DNA of 64,000 nucleotides from an uncultured Verrucomicrobiae bacterium (GCA_963818965.1 CAWFUG010000012.1:32001-96000), one strand, 5' to 3'; counted from the stretch's first letter, positions 19,635 to 30,903 are shown. A program made the numbers and translations. The notes: a model not told the origin generated them from the letters alone.

Positions 19635-20252
19635 ATGAAAGAGCACGATTCAGTGGATTGGCACGCGCAGTGGGAGCAGTTTGCGCCCGGATTTCAAAAG
19701 GGACTAGCCCATGTAGACCTCGCGGCCTATGGGGGGCCTGTGCTGCGCATGAAGCCGGGTGCCGGCTTTGGGGATTTTTCCCATCCGACGACCCGATTAG
19801 CGCTTAGCTTGATGAGCCCAATGGCACGAGAACACCAGGTGATCGACATCGGCTGTGGTAGCGGGGTTTTGTCTGTAGCGGCAGCGCTTTTGGGATCCGC
19901 TGGAGTGGTCGGAATTGACATTGAGAGCGAGGCCCTCCAACACTCTGAAGAAAATGCGCGATTGAATGGAGTGGAAGATCGGGTGGCTTTCACAGCTCAG
20001 ATCGATTCCCTCGACAAAAATAACGCTTATTTGATCGTGATGAATATGATCCTCTGCGAACAAAAGAGCGCCTGGGAGTCTTTGCCCTTGCTCCACGATC
20101 TTAAAGCTACGATCGTCACCTCGGGGATCTTGACGCAGGATCGCGAGATCTACTTAAACCTAACGAGGGAATGGAACTGGACTTTACTTCGAGAATCTCA
20201 AGAAGGCGAGTGGTCTGGATTCACGTTCTTACAAATTAACAATCATCTATAG
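19635..20252 (+). CDS. prmA: Ribosomal protein L11 methyltransferase-like (PrmA catalytic domain)
   Basis: PGAGFGDFSHPTT, DIGCGSGVLS, GIDIE. Confidence 0.75.
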   Translation: MKEHDSVDWHAQWEQFAPGFQKGLAHVDLAAYGGPVLRMKPGAGFGDFSHPTTRLALSLMSPMAREHQVIDIGCGSGVLSVAAALLGSAGVVGIDIESEALQHSEENARLNGVEDRVAFTAQIDSLDKNNAYLIVMNMILCEQKSAWESLPLLHDLKATIVTSGILTQDREIYLNLTREWNWTLLRESQEGEWSGFTFLQINNHL

Positions 20253-21150
20253 AAGTTGACTGACCTTCGATGTCTTCTGGATACTCTCCAAATTCTATGC
20301 GGAGGATGTTCCATTCTGGCAAGTAATAGTCGCGTAAATAGTTGCGACAGGGGATGTAGCTGGGATGGATCCATTGATCGGGGGCGATCACGATCTTAGC
20401 GCAGTTTCGATTGAGGTAAGCCCCCCACCAAGAAAAGGTGGAAGCTCCCATGATCATGTGTTTCATTCGGGACATCAAGTAAAGATCCGCAATGTGATCG
20501 TTACCTTCAATAAAGACGACATTTTTGCACAATTGAGAAAAGTGTTTTTTACACCACTCAATCCGATCAGAGAAGACCACAAAAAGGGCATCTTCGGGGA
20601 AGTAGCCGATCGCTTCCTTGTAATAATCAAGACCTACGAAAGGATGTGTATTCGTCTCATGTTTCCAGCGCGAATAGGTGCGCACATGGAGTGCCACCGT
20701 ATAGGGATGAGCGAGGAGATCTCCGTACTTGTTCTCTAAATAAGTCGTATAGACGTCAGATGGCGCAAAAAGATCTAAGATCTTTTCTCGATGGTGGTGA
20801 AAGTACTTCCACGACTGCAGATACCCGTAGAGATAGAGATCGGAAAGCTCTGGGATCGGCTCGAAACCTTGGGGAGCGGATTGAGCAAATTGGTGAGAAT
20901 GGGCTCGCGGAGGTGAGGAAGCGTCGAGTCGAAAAAACATATGCTCTCGATTATGAGGGATGTTGTACCACTCTGAGTGCAAATCGGGAAAAAAAGCGTG
21001 CACGTCGTGATCCCAAGCATAAGACTGTATTGTCGCAATCTGGAACAGCTGGTTTCCGAGTTGTCCCATGACATTTCCCGTCACAAAGGAAGTGTTTGCG
21101 TGGCAAAAGGATAATCCGCATAGCAATAGGCAAATGAGCTCCTTGAACAT
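20236..21150 (-). CDS. Alpha-1,2-fucosyltransferase (GT11), signal peptide
   Basis: GQLGNQLF, GYLQSWKYF, LHVR, FSD, STFSWWGAYL. Confidence 0.9.
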   Translation of the reverse strand: MFKELICLLLCGLSFCHANTSFVTGNVMGQLGNQLFQIATIQSYAWDHDVHAFFPDLHSEWYNIPHNREHMFFRLDASSPPRAHSHQFAQSAPQGFEPIPELSDLYLYGYLQSWKYFHHHREKILDLFAPSDVYTTYLENKYGDLLAHPYTVALHVRTYSRWKHETNTHPFVGLDYYKEAIGYFPEDALFVVFSDRIEWCKKHFSQLCKNVVFIEGNDHIADLYLMSRMKHMIMGASTFSWWGAYLNRNCAKIVIAPDQWIHPSYIPCRNYLRDYYLPEWNILRIEFGEYPEDIEGQSTSIDDC

Positions 21151-21165
21151 GACTCTCTCCTTTTT

Positions 21166-22080
21166 TTAACCATCATCCCAAGAAGCTGACGGACCATCGA
21201 TGTCAGCGGGATACTCCCCAAATTCTATGGGGATGATTTTCCATTCGGGCAAATAATAGTCGCGTAAATAGTTGCGACAAGGGATGTAGGCGGGATGCAT
21301 CCACTGATCGGGAGCGATGATGATCTTATGGCGATTTCGGTTGAGGTAAGCTCCCCACCAAGAAAAGGTCGAAGCTCCCATGATCATGTGTTTCATTCGG
21401 GACATAAGATACAGATCGGCGATATGATCGTTGCCTTCGATAAAGACGACATTTTTGCACAATTGGGAGAAATGTTTTTTACACCAGTGGATCCGATCGG
21501 AGAAGACGACAAAAAGAGTGTCTTCTGGGAAGTAGCTAATCGCTTTCTTGTAATAATCCAAGCCTATAAAGCCATGTACATTCATTTCATGCTTCCAACG
21601 CGAATAGGTCCGCACATGCAGTGCCACTGTGTTGGGATGAGCGAGGAGATCTCCATATTTATTTTCTAAGTAGCTCGTATAAGCATCAGAAGGAGCAAAA
21701 AGCTCCAAGATCTTTTCTCGATGGTGGTGAAAATACCTCCACGACTGAAAATACCCACGGAGATAGAGATCGGGAAGCTCTGAAATGACATCGAAACTCA
21801 AGGGGGTCGATTGATTAAATTCGTGAGAATAGGCTCGTGGAAGCGGAGAAGCGTTGACCCGAAAGAAAATGTGTTCCCGATTATAAGGTATGTTATACCA
21901 ATCTAAGTGCAATTCAGGAAAAAAAGCAGGCACATTGTGATCCCAAGCATAAGACTGTATCGCTGCAATCGCAAATAACTGATTCCCGAGTTGTCCCATG
22001 AGACTGCCTGTGACGAAAGAAGTGTTTGCCTGGCAAATGGACATTCCACATAGCAATAGAAAAATGAGTTTCTTGAACAC
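21166..22080 (-). CDS. Alpha-1,2-fucosyltransferase (GT11), tandem paralog, signal peptide
   Basis: Same GT11 motifs. GTG start at 22080 inferred by alignment with the paralog (MFKKLIFLLLCG). Confidence 0.9.
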   Translation of the reverse strand: MFKKLIFLLLCGMSICQANTSFVTGSLMGQLGNQLFAIAAIQSYAWDHNVPAFFPELHLDWYNIPYNREHIFFRVNASPLPRAYSHEFNQSTPLSFDVISELPDLYLRGYFQSWRYFHHHREKILELFAPSDAYTSYLENKYGDLLAHPNTVALHVRTYSRWKHEMNVHGFIGLDYYKKAISYFPEDTLFVVFSDRIHWCKKHFSQLCKNVVFIEGNDHIADLYLMSRMKHMIMGASTFSWWGAYLNRNRHKIIIAPDQWMHPAYIPCRNYLRDYYLPEWKIIPIEFGEYPADIDGPSASWDDG

Positions 22081-22150
22081 CGCTCTCTCTGCTTTAAAAA
22101 TTTTAAAGAGCAGAGCATAAGTGACTAAAAACCAAAAAATCAAGAACTAT

Positions 22151-22186
22151 AAAAAAAACCTCCTCAGGTTTCCCGAGGAGGTTTTT
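22151..22186. terminator. Rho-independent terminator of groEL (bidirectional shape)
   Basis: AAAAAAACCTCCTC-AGGTTTCCC-GAGGAGGTTTTTT. Confidence 0.85.
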
Positions 22187-22214
22187 TGAAGACAATGGAA
22201 AAGAAGGGCGATGA

Positions 22215-23900
<1,686 letters not shown>

Positions 23901-23905
23901 CTAAA

Positions 23906-24208
23906 TTATACTAAAACGCCGAGAATATCTTCTTCTGACAAGATGAGGTATTCTCCTTGATCATCTTCAGTCTTTACTTCTGTCCCTGCATAAGAGGAGA
24001 ACAACACTTGATCTCCGACAGTGACGGACAGCTTCTTGAGCTCACCTTTTTCATCCCGTTTTCCAGGCCCTACCGCGAGAACTTCTCCTTGTCTGGGTTT
24101 CTCTTTTGCCGTATCTGGAAGAATGATTCCCCCCTTACTCACTTTTTTTTCTAAGCGCTTGATAAGGACGCGATCGCCGAGAGGTTGGATGTGTTGTGTT
24201 GCTGACAT
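23906..24208 (-). CDS. groES: Co-chaperonin GroES
   Basis: [28 protein letters not shown]. Confidence 0.98.
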   Translation of the reverse strand: MSATQHIQPLGDRVLIKRLEKKVSKGGIILPDTAKEKPRQGEVLAVGPGKRDEKGELKKLSVTVGDQVLFSSYAGTEVKTEDDQGEYLILSEEDILGVLV

Positions 24209-24241
24209 AATTTCTCCTTAAACTTGGATTTGAAAGTTCCC

Positions 24242-24271
24242 ATCGTAGCCTAGGGAAAAGATTCTTGTCAA
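24242..24271 (-). promoter_or_regulatory. Sigma70-type promoter of groES-groEL
   Basis: TTGACA-N18-TACGAT on the minus strand, 33 nt upstream of the groES start. Confidence 0.7.
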
Positions 24272-24288
24272 GGGAATAGGGTTTGTTT

Positions 24289-24315
24289 TTAGCAAAAAAG
24301 AGCCTGGAGTGCTAA
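24289..24315 (-). promoter_or_regulatory. CIRCE-like (HrcA) operator
   Basis: TTAGCACTC-N9-TTTTGCTAA versus consensus TTAGCACTC-N9-GAGTGCTAA: one perfect half-site, exact spacing. Confidence 0.8.
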
Positions 24316-25548
24316 TTACTCTGAATAGAGGAGGTAGGGCTTCCTCTCCCGCCGAAACCGCTCCCGCCTCCCTTTCTGGTGCTCGATCAATTTCCAGGCA
24401 ATGTACTTCTCTTTCTGGATCCATTCGAACATCTCTTCATTCCCATTCGCTTTGCAGAATAAATTTTTCTTTGCAGGATCCAAATTTTTGAGCTTTTCAG
24501 AGACTTGCTTAGGATAGAAATTTTTTAAGATCCCCAAGATCATGTATTGCGTTGTAACGGGTCGGTAGATCTTGGGATCTGTGACGAGAATCATCACGCC
24601 CTGACAATCTTTTCCTTTATAGAGACCGTAAAAGGGACGGTAATGGAAAGGGAGAAATTTGACTCCGGGGAGCTTTTGTTCATTTAATTTTTGAGCAAAG
24701 GGGGCAGCGACAATCCACGGAGCTCCGATCACTTTGAAGGGGAGCGTGTATCCGATGCCGATGTTCACAAGGCTAATTTCCCCTAAAATACCCGAAGTGG
24801 CGTAGTAAAGAGGCGTATCGGCTTCAGGGATATGCGGACTCGTCGGAATCCACTGCAACCCCGTGTCCGCGTAACTCATCGACCTCTTCCATCCTTTCAT
24901 GGGGATGACTTTCAACTGACAGCCCACCTGGTATTTGTCATTGAAATAGCGCGCCAACTCTCCCACTGTCATCCCATGACAATAGGGAATATCGATGTGG
25001 CCGATGAAAGAGCGCCAGTTTTCTTCCATCATCGGGCCATCGATCGTGAGTCCATTGATGGGATTGGGACGATCGAAGACGATCACGGGAATCTGATACT
25101 TAGCTGCTTCCTCCATCATATAAAATAGAGTCGTCGTGTAGGTATAAGTGCGACATCCGATATCTTGGATGTCATAGAGGATCACATCGATTCCCTTTAA
25201 CATCTCCTGACTCGGGCGTCGGTACTTACCCTGTAGGTTGTAAACTGGAATCCCTTCTGGCCCCCACTTTTCTTTACCCTCTTCAAAGGCGTAGAAATGG
25301 CCTGTCAGCCCATGTTCAGGAGAGAAGAGAGTGACGAGTTTCAGCGCTTTGGCACAGAGATCGATCGTGGAGCGCATCTCTTTGTTCACCCCTGTGTGAT
25401 TTGTCACAAGAGCGACGCGCTTACCTCTAAGCTCTTCGACCATTTTCCCTTCAAAAAACTGATCCACCCCCAACTCTACGGCACCGTGAACCGTCGGGAT
25501 GATGCTCATTAAGAGCATGAACATAAAAATCTTAAGTAGCCCACCCAT
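24316..25548 (-). CDS. namZ: Exo-beta-N-acetylmuramidase NamZ/YbbC (DUF1343)
   Basis: LVTNHTG, LFSPEHG, YDIQDIGCRTYTY, DRPNP, HGMTVGELA. Start at 25548 or 25563; the longer ORF in the track is read-through of the palindrome. Confidence 0.9.
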   Translation of the reverse strand: MGGLLKIFMFMLLMSIIPTVHGAVELGVDQFFEGKMVEELRGKRVALVTNHTGVNKEMRSTIDLCAKALKLVTLFSPEHGLTGHFYAFEEGKEKWGPEGIPVYNLQGKYRRPSQEMLKGIDVILYDIQDIGCRTYTYTTTLFYMMEEAAKYQIPVIVFDRPNPINGLTIDGPMMEENWRSFIGHIDIPYCHGMTVGELARYFNDKYQVGCQLKVIPMKGWKRSMSYADTGLQWIPTSPHIPEADTPLYYATSGILGEISLVNIGIGYTLPFKVIGAPWIVAAPFAQKLNEQKLPGVKFLPFHYRPFYGLYKGKDCQGVMILVTDPKIYRPVTTQYMILGILKNFYPKQVSEKLKNLDPAKKNLFCKANGNEEMFEWIQKEKYIAWKLIEHQKGRRERFRRERKPYLLYSE

Positions 25549-25623
25549 CTTCCACGACTCCATTCTTTTCCCAAAAATATACGCAAGCGCTAATAATATT
25601 GGCACGGAAATACTTGAGCAGTT

Positions 25624-25790
25624 TATACTGCAATCGGTTGAAAAGCTGCAATTTGGCCATGTCAAAGCCTCAGGGTTCGACGATTGAAAGTGGGGGTAGT
25701 ATTGATGAGATACAACCCCCACTTTCAATCGTCGAACCGCGAGGACTTTCACACAAGCCAAATTGCAGCTTTTCAACCAATTGCAGTATA
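25624..25790. mobile_element. Full-length 167-bp ERIC-like palindromic element (putative MITE), arm type A
   Basis: TATACTGCAATCGGTTGAAAAGCTGCAATTTGGC...GCCAAATTGCAGCTTTTCAACCAATTGCAGTATA enclosing the core GTCAAAGCCTCAGGGTTCGACGATTGAAAGTGGGGGT-loop-inverse. Mobility is inferred. Confidence 0.85.
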
Positions 25791-25803
25791 AAATCCCGTT
25801 CCC

Positions 25804-27933
25804 ATGCAAACGACGCAACTCAACCCAGAACAGCAAAGAGCTGTCGACCACATCGAAGGCCCCCTCCTCGTGTTAGCCGGAGCCGGTTCGGGCAAGACCC
25901 GCATCGTCACGCATCGCATTGCCCACCTGCTTGAAATTGGCGTCCCCTCTCACGAAATTTTGGGTTTGACCTTCACGAATAAGGCTGCAGATGAAATGCG
26001 CCATCGAGTGCTCCATCTCACCCATCAGTCTGTGTTGACTTGCACTTTCCACAGCCTGTGTGCGCGGATCTTGAGAGAATCGATCGGCGTCATCGGCTAT
26101 ACGCGCGACTTTACCATCTACGACGAAGAGGACAGTGAAAAAGCGCTCAAGCAGTGTTTTCTCCTCGCTAACTTAAAAGAAGAAAAAGCCCAGGTCAAAA
26201 AGATACGCGCCCAAATCTCTCAAGCCAAAAACAGCCTGCTCGGGCCCGATGAGATAGAGGAAGAAGAGCCCGATTTCAAACAACTCTATTCCCTCTATCA
26301 GCAAAAGCTAAAAGAGTACAATGCCCTCGATTTCGATGATTTGCTCTTCCTCACGGTCAAACTCTTCAAATCCTCTCCTGAAATTCTAGAGATCTATCAA
26401 CAGCGGTGGCGCTTCATCCTCATCGACGAATACCAAGACACCAACGCTGCGCAATATACGATCACAAAACTGCTCGCTGAAAAACACCACAACGTCTTTG
26501 CCGTCGGAGATCCCGACCAATCGATCTATTCGTGGCGCGGAGCCGACATCCAAAATATTTTGAACTTCGAAAAGGACTTCCCCGGCGCTGAAGTGATCCC
26601 CCTCGAACAAAATTACCGCAGCCGCAGCAACATCCTAGAAGCCGCCAATGCTTTGATCCGCCACAATGCCTCTCGCTATGAAAAAAACTTGTGGAGCGAT
26701 CGCGGTCCTGGAGAAAAAATCGCCTGCCATATCGCTGAAGATGATCACAGGGAGGCAGACTTCGTTGTCAAACAGCTTTACAAGCTCCATCGAGAACGCG
26801 GCGTGCCATTACGAGACTGCGCGATCTTTTACCGCACCAATTTCCAATCCCGCATCTTTGAAGATCACCTCTTAAGAGAAAGAGTCCCTTACGTCATCGT
26901 CGGAGGCGTCTCCTTTTACCAAAGACGAGAAATCAAAGATGTTCTCAGCCTGATGCGCATGGTCCTCTCAGGAACCGACAACCTCTCCTTCTTGCGTACG
27001 ATCAATCTCCCCAAAAGAGGTTTGGGAGAAGCCACTTTAGAGAGATTGCAAGAACTCGCAGCCGAAAGAGGAGAGAGCCTCTTCGATACTTGTACGGCAA
27101 TCGTCGAAGAGAGAGCCTCCTTTAAACTCAGTCAAAAGCAGGCGGAAGGGTTGAAAAACTACACCCACACCATTGCGACTTTAAGAGAGATGCTCAAACA
27201 AAATTGCACCTTGCATGAAGTAATCAGCGAGGCGATGGCGCGCTCTCGCTATTTAGAGTATCTCAAAGAAGACCCTGAGAGTTATGAAGAGAGGCGCGGT
27301 AACCTCGAAGAATTGATTAACAAAGCGCGCGAGTGGGAACAGGAAGTCGACAGTCCTACGCTCGCTCTTTTTTTAGAGGAGCTCACCCTCAAGTCTAACC
27401 CTGAAAAAGACGATGGCCTACAAGATCAAGTGCGGATGATGACGCTCCACAACGGAAAGGGGTTGGAGTTCACGGCCGTCTTCCTCGTCGGACTCGAAGA
27501 AGAACTGCTCCCCCACATCAACTCTCTCCACGAACCAGAAGCTGTCGAAGAGGAGCGCCGCCTGTGCTATGTCGGAATGACGCGCGCTAAAGAGTTTCTC
27601 TTTCTATCCGCTTCTGCTTATCGCTACCTCTTCGGCATGCCCCGCTTCATGCGGCCAAGCCGCTTCCTCAAAGAAATCCCCGAAGAATACCTCCACAAAT
27701 CCCGTTCCAATGGAGTGAGTGGCTCTTGGAATGAAACAGAGACTTTAGAGGGATTCTCCTCTTCCACTTTCACAGAGGGGGACATCGTCGCCCATAAGGA
27801 CTTCGGCATGGGCATTGTACAGAAAAGCTACAACACCTCCCTAGGGCTTACTTATGACGTCTGCTTTCCCAAACTTAACGCCGTGCGTTCTCTGGTCGCT
27901 AAGTTCGCGAAACTGAGAAAGCTCGAGGAGTAG
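25804..27933 (+). CDS. uvrD: ATP-dependent DNA helicase UvrD/PcrA
   Basis: AGAGSGKT, LIDEYQDTN, VGDPDQSIY, QNYRS, EEERRLCYVGMTRA. Confidence 0.97.
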   Translation: MQTTQLNPEQQRAVDHIEGPLLVLAGAGSGKTRIVTHRIAHLLEIGVPSHEILGLTFTNKAADEMRHRVLHLTHQSVLTCTFHSLCARILRESIGVIGYTRDFTIYDEEDSEKALKQCFLLANLKEEKAQVKKIRAQISQAKNSLLGPDEIEEEEPDFKQLYSLYQQKLKEYNALDFDDLLFLTVKLFKSSPEILEIYQQRWRFILIDEYQDTNAAQYTITKLLAEKHHNVFAVGDPDQSIYSWRGADIQNILNFEKDFPGAEVIPLEQNYRSRSNILEAANALIRHNASRYEKNLWSDRGPGEKIACHIAEDDHREADFVVKQLYKLHRERGVPLRDCAIFYRTNFQSRIFEDHLLRERVPYVIVGGVSFYQRREIKDVLSLMRMVLSGTDNLSFLRTINLPKRGLGEATLERLQELAAERGESLFDTCTAIVEERASFKLSQKQAEGLKNYTHTIATLREMLKQNCTLHEVISEAMARSRYLEYLKEDPESYEERRGNLEELINKAREWEQEVDSPTLALFLEELTLKSNPEKDDGLQDQVRMMTLHNGKGLEFTAVFLVGLEEELLPHINSLHEPEAVEEERRLCYVGMTRAKEFLFLSASAYRYLFGMPRFMRPSRFLKEIPEEYLHKSRSNGVSGSWNETETLEGFSSSTFTEGDIVAHKDFGMGIVQKSYNTSLGLTYDVCFPKLNAVRSLVAKFAKLRKLEE

Positions 27934-28074
27934 GTCCTCCCCTAAATAAAATTTTAATTATCTACGCCCAACTTTTCAGCTCATTTGGGCAGACATAGCT
28001 CTGAGAGGAGTTTTTTTAATAAGAACTCTAGATCAATATGTTACATTACACCTCAGACATGTTTACTATTTAAA

Positions 28075-28103
28075 TTGACATATAGTGTAATATAAACTAT
28101 AAC
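28075..28103 (+). promoter_or_regulatory. Near-consensus sigma70 promoter
   Basis: TTGACA-N17-TATAAC followed by a GGAG RBS and ATG at 28147. Confidence 0.7.
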
Positions 28104-28188
28104 ATAACTAAAAAGCGAAAAATCGCTTCTAAAAACGGAGATTTATATGTTACCCGTAGCAAGAACACCCCCAACTCCGCAACCAGGG

Positions 28189-28270
28189 GAAATACTACCC
28201 TCATTTCCGATCGTCGAACCCCGGGGCTTTGACATGGCCCAATCCCGATTCTTGAGTCACGTTCGGTATA
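28189..28270. repeat. ERIC-like element, half copy (arm type C), overlapping the GT9 3' end
   Basis: Minus strand: TATACCGAACGTGACTCAAGAATCGGGATTGGGCCAT-GTCAAAGCCCCGGGGTTCGACGATCGGAAATGAGGGTAGTATT. Confidence 0.9.
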
Positions 28271-29181
28271 ACCACAGCTTGAAAAGCTTGGATGACGCGC
28301 CGGACGCTGATCCAGCGCTTCCACTGCTTATCGCGCCAACGCAGCCCCTTGAGATTGGGAATCCACGCAGAGGGTGTAACGACCTTGCCTGGGGCCCATG
28401 CAGGGCGCCAGAATTGAGAGGCTTGCCGGCTGCGGCAAATGGTCACGGTAGGAAGCCCAAGGCAAGAGGCGAGGTGTCCGATCCCCGAATCGTTTCCGAT
28501 CATGTATCCCGATTCACACACCATGCGGGCCATGTCTGATAAGGTAGGAAGATCAGGGGCCTCGATTCCCCACCGCACCCGTTCTTCTTGAGTCAGCAAT
28601 AAAAGGGGCTCAAACCCTTTTTTTTCTAGCTTGCTTTTTAGTGCGAGGTATTTCTCTTTCGGCCAATTTTTCCCCTCTCGGGAACTCTCTGGATGGAAGA
28701 TAATTCTGCTTAAGTGTTTTCTCGGTAAGACCCCTTCTGGAACGCAGATCCCATTCGAGCGCGTCACCACCTTCAATCCTAAACCTTCGCTGCAAAATCG
28801 AAGGAGATTCTCCACAAAGGTTCGGTGTCCTTCGAAGCGCCCTCCTGACCAGTAAGCATAGTCGCGTCTTTTCGTCGCAATCGGATTGAGAACGATTGTC
28901 TTTTCAGGGTAGTGCTTTTGGCAATAAGAGAGGACCGCTTGCATCTTTTCAGACTTTTCATAGATGACAAAATAGCGATCGTATTCTGCGAGCAGGGTTT
29001 CGAGTGCGTTTACGGAAGGCAAAGCTAAGAGCGGAAGATGGGGAAACCACTCCTGCAATCCCTGCAAAAAGGGGTGGTAAGTCGTGACAGAATAACCATT
29101 GAGGTGGAGATTATTGGAGAGAACAAGAGCAATAAGTCCATCTCCCAATCCCATACAACTGAAAACAGCGCATCTTTTCAT
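28201..29181 (-). CDS. Glycosyltransferase family 9 (heptosyltransferase-like)
   Basis: GLGD, HP...KNWP, IGNDSGIGHLASCLGLPTV. Confidence 0.85.
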   Translation of the reverse strand: MKRCAVFSCMGLGDGLIALVLSNNLHLNGYSVTTYHPFLQGLQEWFPHLPLLALPSVNALETLLAEYDRYFVIYEKSEKMQAVLSYCQKHYPEKTIVLNPIATKRRDYAYWSGGRFEGHRTFVENLLRFCSEGLGLKVVTRSNGICVPEGVLPRKHLSRIIFHPESSREGKNWPKEKYLALKSKLEKKGFEPLLLLTQEERVRWGIEAPDLPTLSDMARMVCESGYMIGNDSGIGHLASCLGLPTVTICRSRQASQFWRPAWAPGKVVTPSAWIPNLKGLRWRDKQWKRWISVRRVIQAFQAVVIPNVTQESGLGHVKAPGFDDRK

Positions 29182-29234
29182 GCCTCGGATATATACCATA
29201 CTTCTCGCTACAGTTCAATGCAGAGAAAAATTTA

Positions 29235-29298
29235 TTGACGTGCAAAAAGAGCCGCGCATACAATTCTCTGCGCGAGAACCTACGAAAGGTTCTCGCGC
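29235..29298 (+). promoter_or_regulatory. Promoter plus 5'-leader hairpin
   Basis: TTGACG-N18-TACAAT followed by a perfect 12-bp stem GCGCGAGAACCT-ACGAA-AGGTTCTCGCGC. Confidence 0.55.
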
Positions 29299-29326
29299 TA
29301 CAAAATCTCTATAAAGGAGAAGTCTT

Positions 29327-29683
29327 ATGAAATACTGTCTTTCTTTTCTATTATGTGTCTCTCTGTGGATCAATTGTTTTGCAGGCTGTCCTTGTTCAAA
29401 AGGCAAAGGGAAAGTGCGCTTTTCCGAGTGTCCAAAGACCTATGTCACACCTGATCAAATCGATTTGCATGAGGATGGAATTTTCGTGCGGATTAACGAT
29501 AGAATCGTCCAAACAGAGAGCCTTAGCACCGATACCCAAGGAGTCTATTTTCAAAATGTAAAAGATGGTTGTGGCCCCTCCCAGTGGAGATGCTTCCGCG
29601 TCTTAAGTAACGGAATGGTCTGTGAGACGTGTAACTGGGACTGGAACTATAGCTGTTCTTATTGTGGAAAAGACAAACGATGA
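29327..29683 (+). CDS. Small exported Cys-rich protein
   Basis: AAGGAG RBS, signal peptide, C-terminal C..CxxC..CxxC cluster; ATGA overlap with the next gene. Confidence 0.8.
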   Translation: MKYCLSFLLCVSLWINCFAGCPCSKGKGKVRFSECPKTYVTPDQIDLHEDGIFVRINDRIVQTESLSTDTQGVYFQNVKDGCGPSQWRCFRVLSNGMVCETCNWDWNYSCSYCGKDKR

Positions 29684-30885
29684 ACATTTCTGGACTTGCG
29701 ACGGGAAAAAATTTGGCTTTTTGGGGAAAGATCGATTGTACTCAATCCTTTTCCCATTCGATCGATAAAATTGCACTGGGTGCACTGAAGGCTGGGTCGT
29801 ATCTCACCGATCCAGTCTGTAGAGTTAGAGAATGTTATCAGCGCATGCGCTATGTCGATACGTGTAATCCTGAGGCAACTCCGCTTTGGAATGCGATCCA
29901 AAAGGTGTCTCTTTGTATCGGGATGCTGGGATGGTTTTCCCTTTCTCTTTTTTCGACGTTGCCTGGGATGGCCTTAAGAACTTTGGGCTCTTATCTCATG
30001 AGAAATTCCTTCCTCTATATGCAGGGAGATGCACAGGAAAAGAAATTGCCCTCAAATGGCTCTTTTTCCTTACTCTCCTGGAATATCTGTGGAGTCAATG
30101 CGGGCTATTCCATCACGGATGGCGGTGTTTTGCCTTGGCGCTTTCGGATCGATGCCATCCTGGATAAGATGATACAAAAAAAGGCCGATGTCAACTGCCT
30201 GTATGAGGTCTTCGATATCAATACCGCCACTTACATTTGTGAAAAATTAAAACAAAAAGGCTATAATCACTTCTATTTCAACATCGGGCCCAAAGTCATC
30301 GGCGTCCCCTCTGGAATCTTGGTTGCGAGTAAATTTAAGGTTCAAAACCCTGAATTCACCCCCTTTCCCCAAGAGACCCTTCTGGGGCTGGCAAAACATT
30401 CCGCAAAAGGAGACTTCGCGTTCGATCTCGCAAGCCGAGGGCACAGCTTTGCGAGAATCCACGCTACCCATCTTCTCAATTCAAAAGAGCCCCAATTTCC
30501 TAAAGCAGAAGAGATCGAAGCGAGAAGGCAACAGATGAAAATCATCGTCAATAAAATGAAGAAAACCAAAAAACGGTGTGTCGAAGTCGTAACAGGAGAT
30601 CTCAATTTAGATGGTAAAGAACGTCGTTCCGCGTTCTGGAACAACCTGTTTTCCGGAAGAGATTTCTTCCACGGTCATAAAACCTGGGGCGGAGAGAAAT
30701 GCACGGCTCAGTTCCGTCCCTCCCATCCCTTAAATTTAGATCATACGATGGTCCTCAAAAAAACCGCGCGCTCCATCTGCACTAAGCTTGTGAAAACGGG
30801 CTTTGATCGTGGCGTTTTGAAGCCAGAGGCCCTTTCCGACCACGGGGGATTGGCCAGCAAGATTCGCGTAAGAAAAGGCGCCTAA
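29680..30885 (+). CDS. Endonuclease/exonuclease/phosphatase (EEP) family, sphingomyelinase-like
   Basis: LSWNI, CLYEVF, THL, GDLN, LDH, SDH. Confidence 0.85.
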   Translation: MNISGLATGKNLAFWGKIDCTQSFSHSIDKIALGALKAGSYLTDPVCRVRECYQRMRYVDTCNPEATPLWNAIQKVSLCIGMLGWFSLSLFSTLPGMALRTLGSYLMRNSFLYMQGDAQEKKLPSNGSFSLLSWNICGVNAGYSITDGGVLPWRFRIDAILDKMIQKKADVNCLYEVFDINTATYICEKLKQKGYNHFYFNIGPKVIGVPSGILVASKFKVQNPEFTPFPQETLLGLAKHSAKGDFAFDLASRGHSFARIHATHLLNSKEPQFPKAEEIEARRQQMKIIVNKMKKTKKRCVEVVTGDLNLDGKERRSAFWNNLFSGRDFFHGHKTWGGEKCTAQFRPSHPLNLDHTMVLKKTARSICTKLVKTGFDRGVLKPEALSDHGGLASKIRVRKGA

Positions 30886-30903
30886 AAACAACTTTTAGGC
30901 GCC
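30877..30903. terminator. Hairpin between convergent genes
   Basis: GGCGCCTAAAA-ACAAC-TTTTAGGCGCC; no clear U-tract. Confidence 0.5.

Noticed and set aside
25599..25616. Possible sigma-54 promoter (TTGGCACG) upstream of uvrD
   Set aside because: The -12 position reads TAC rather than TGC, and the element intervenes.
25624..25790. Palindromes as CRISPR repeats or integron attC sites
   Set aside because: Copies are dispersed rather than arrayed with spacers; no cas or intI gene is present; the ends do not fit RYYYAAC/GTTRRRY.
25549..25851. 100-aa N-terminal extension of NamZ
   Set aside because: Read-through of the 167-bp element that also overlaps the uvrD start on the other strand; the signal peptide begins at about 25548-25563.
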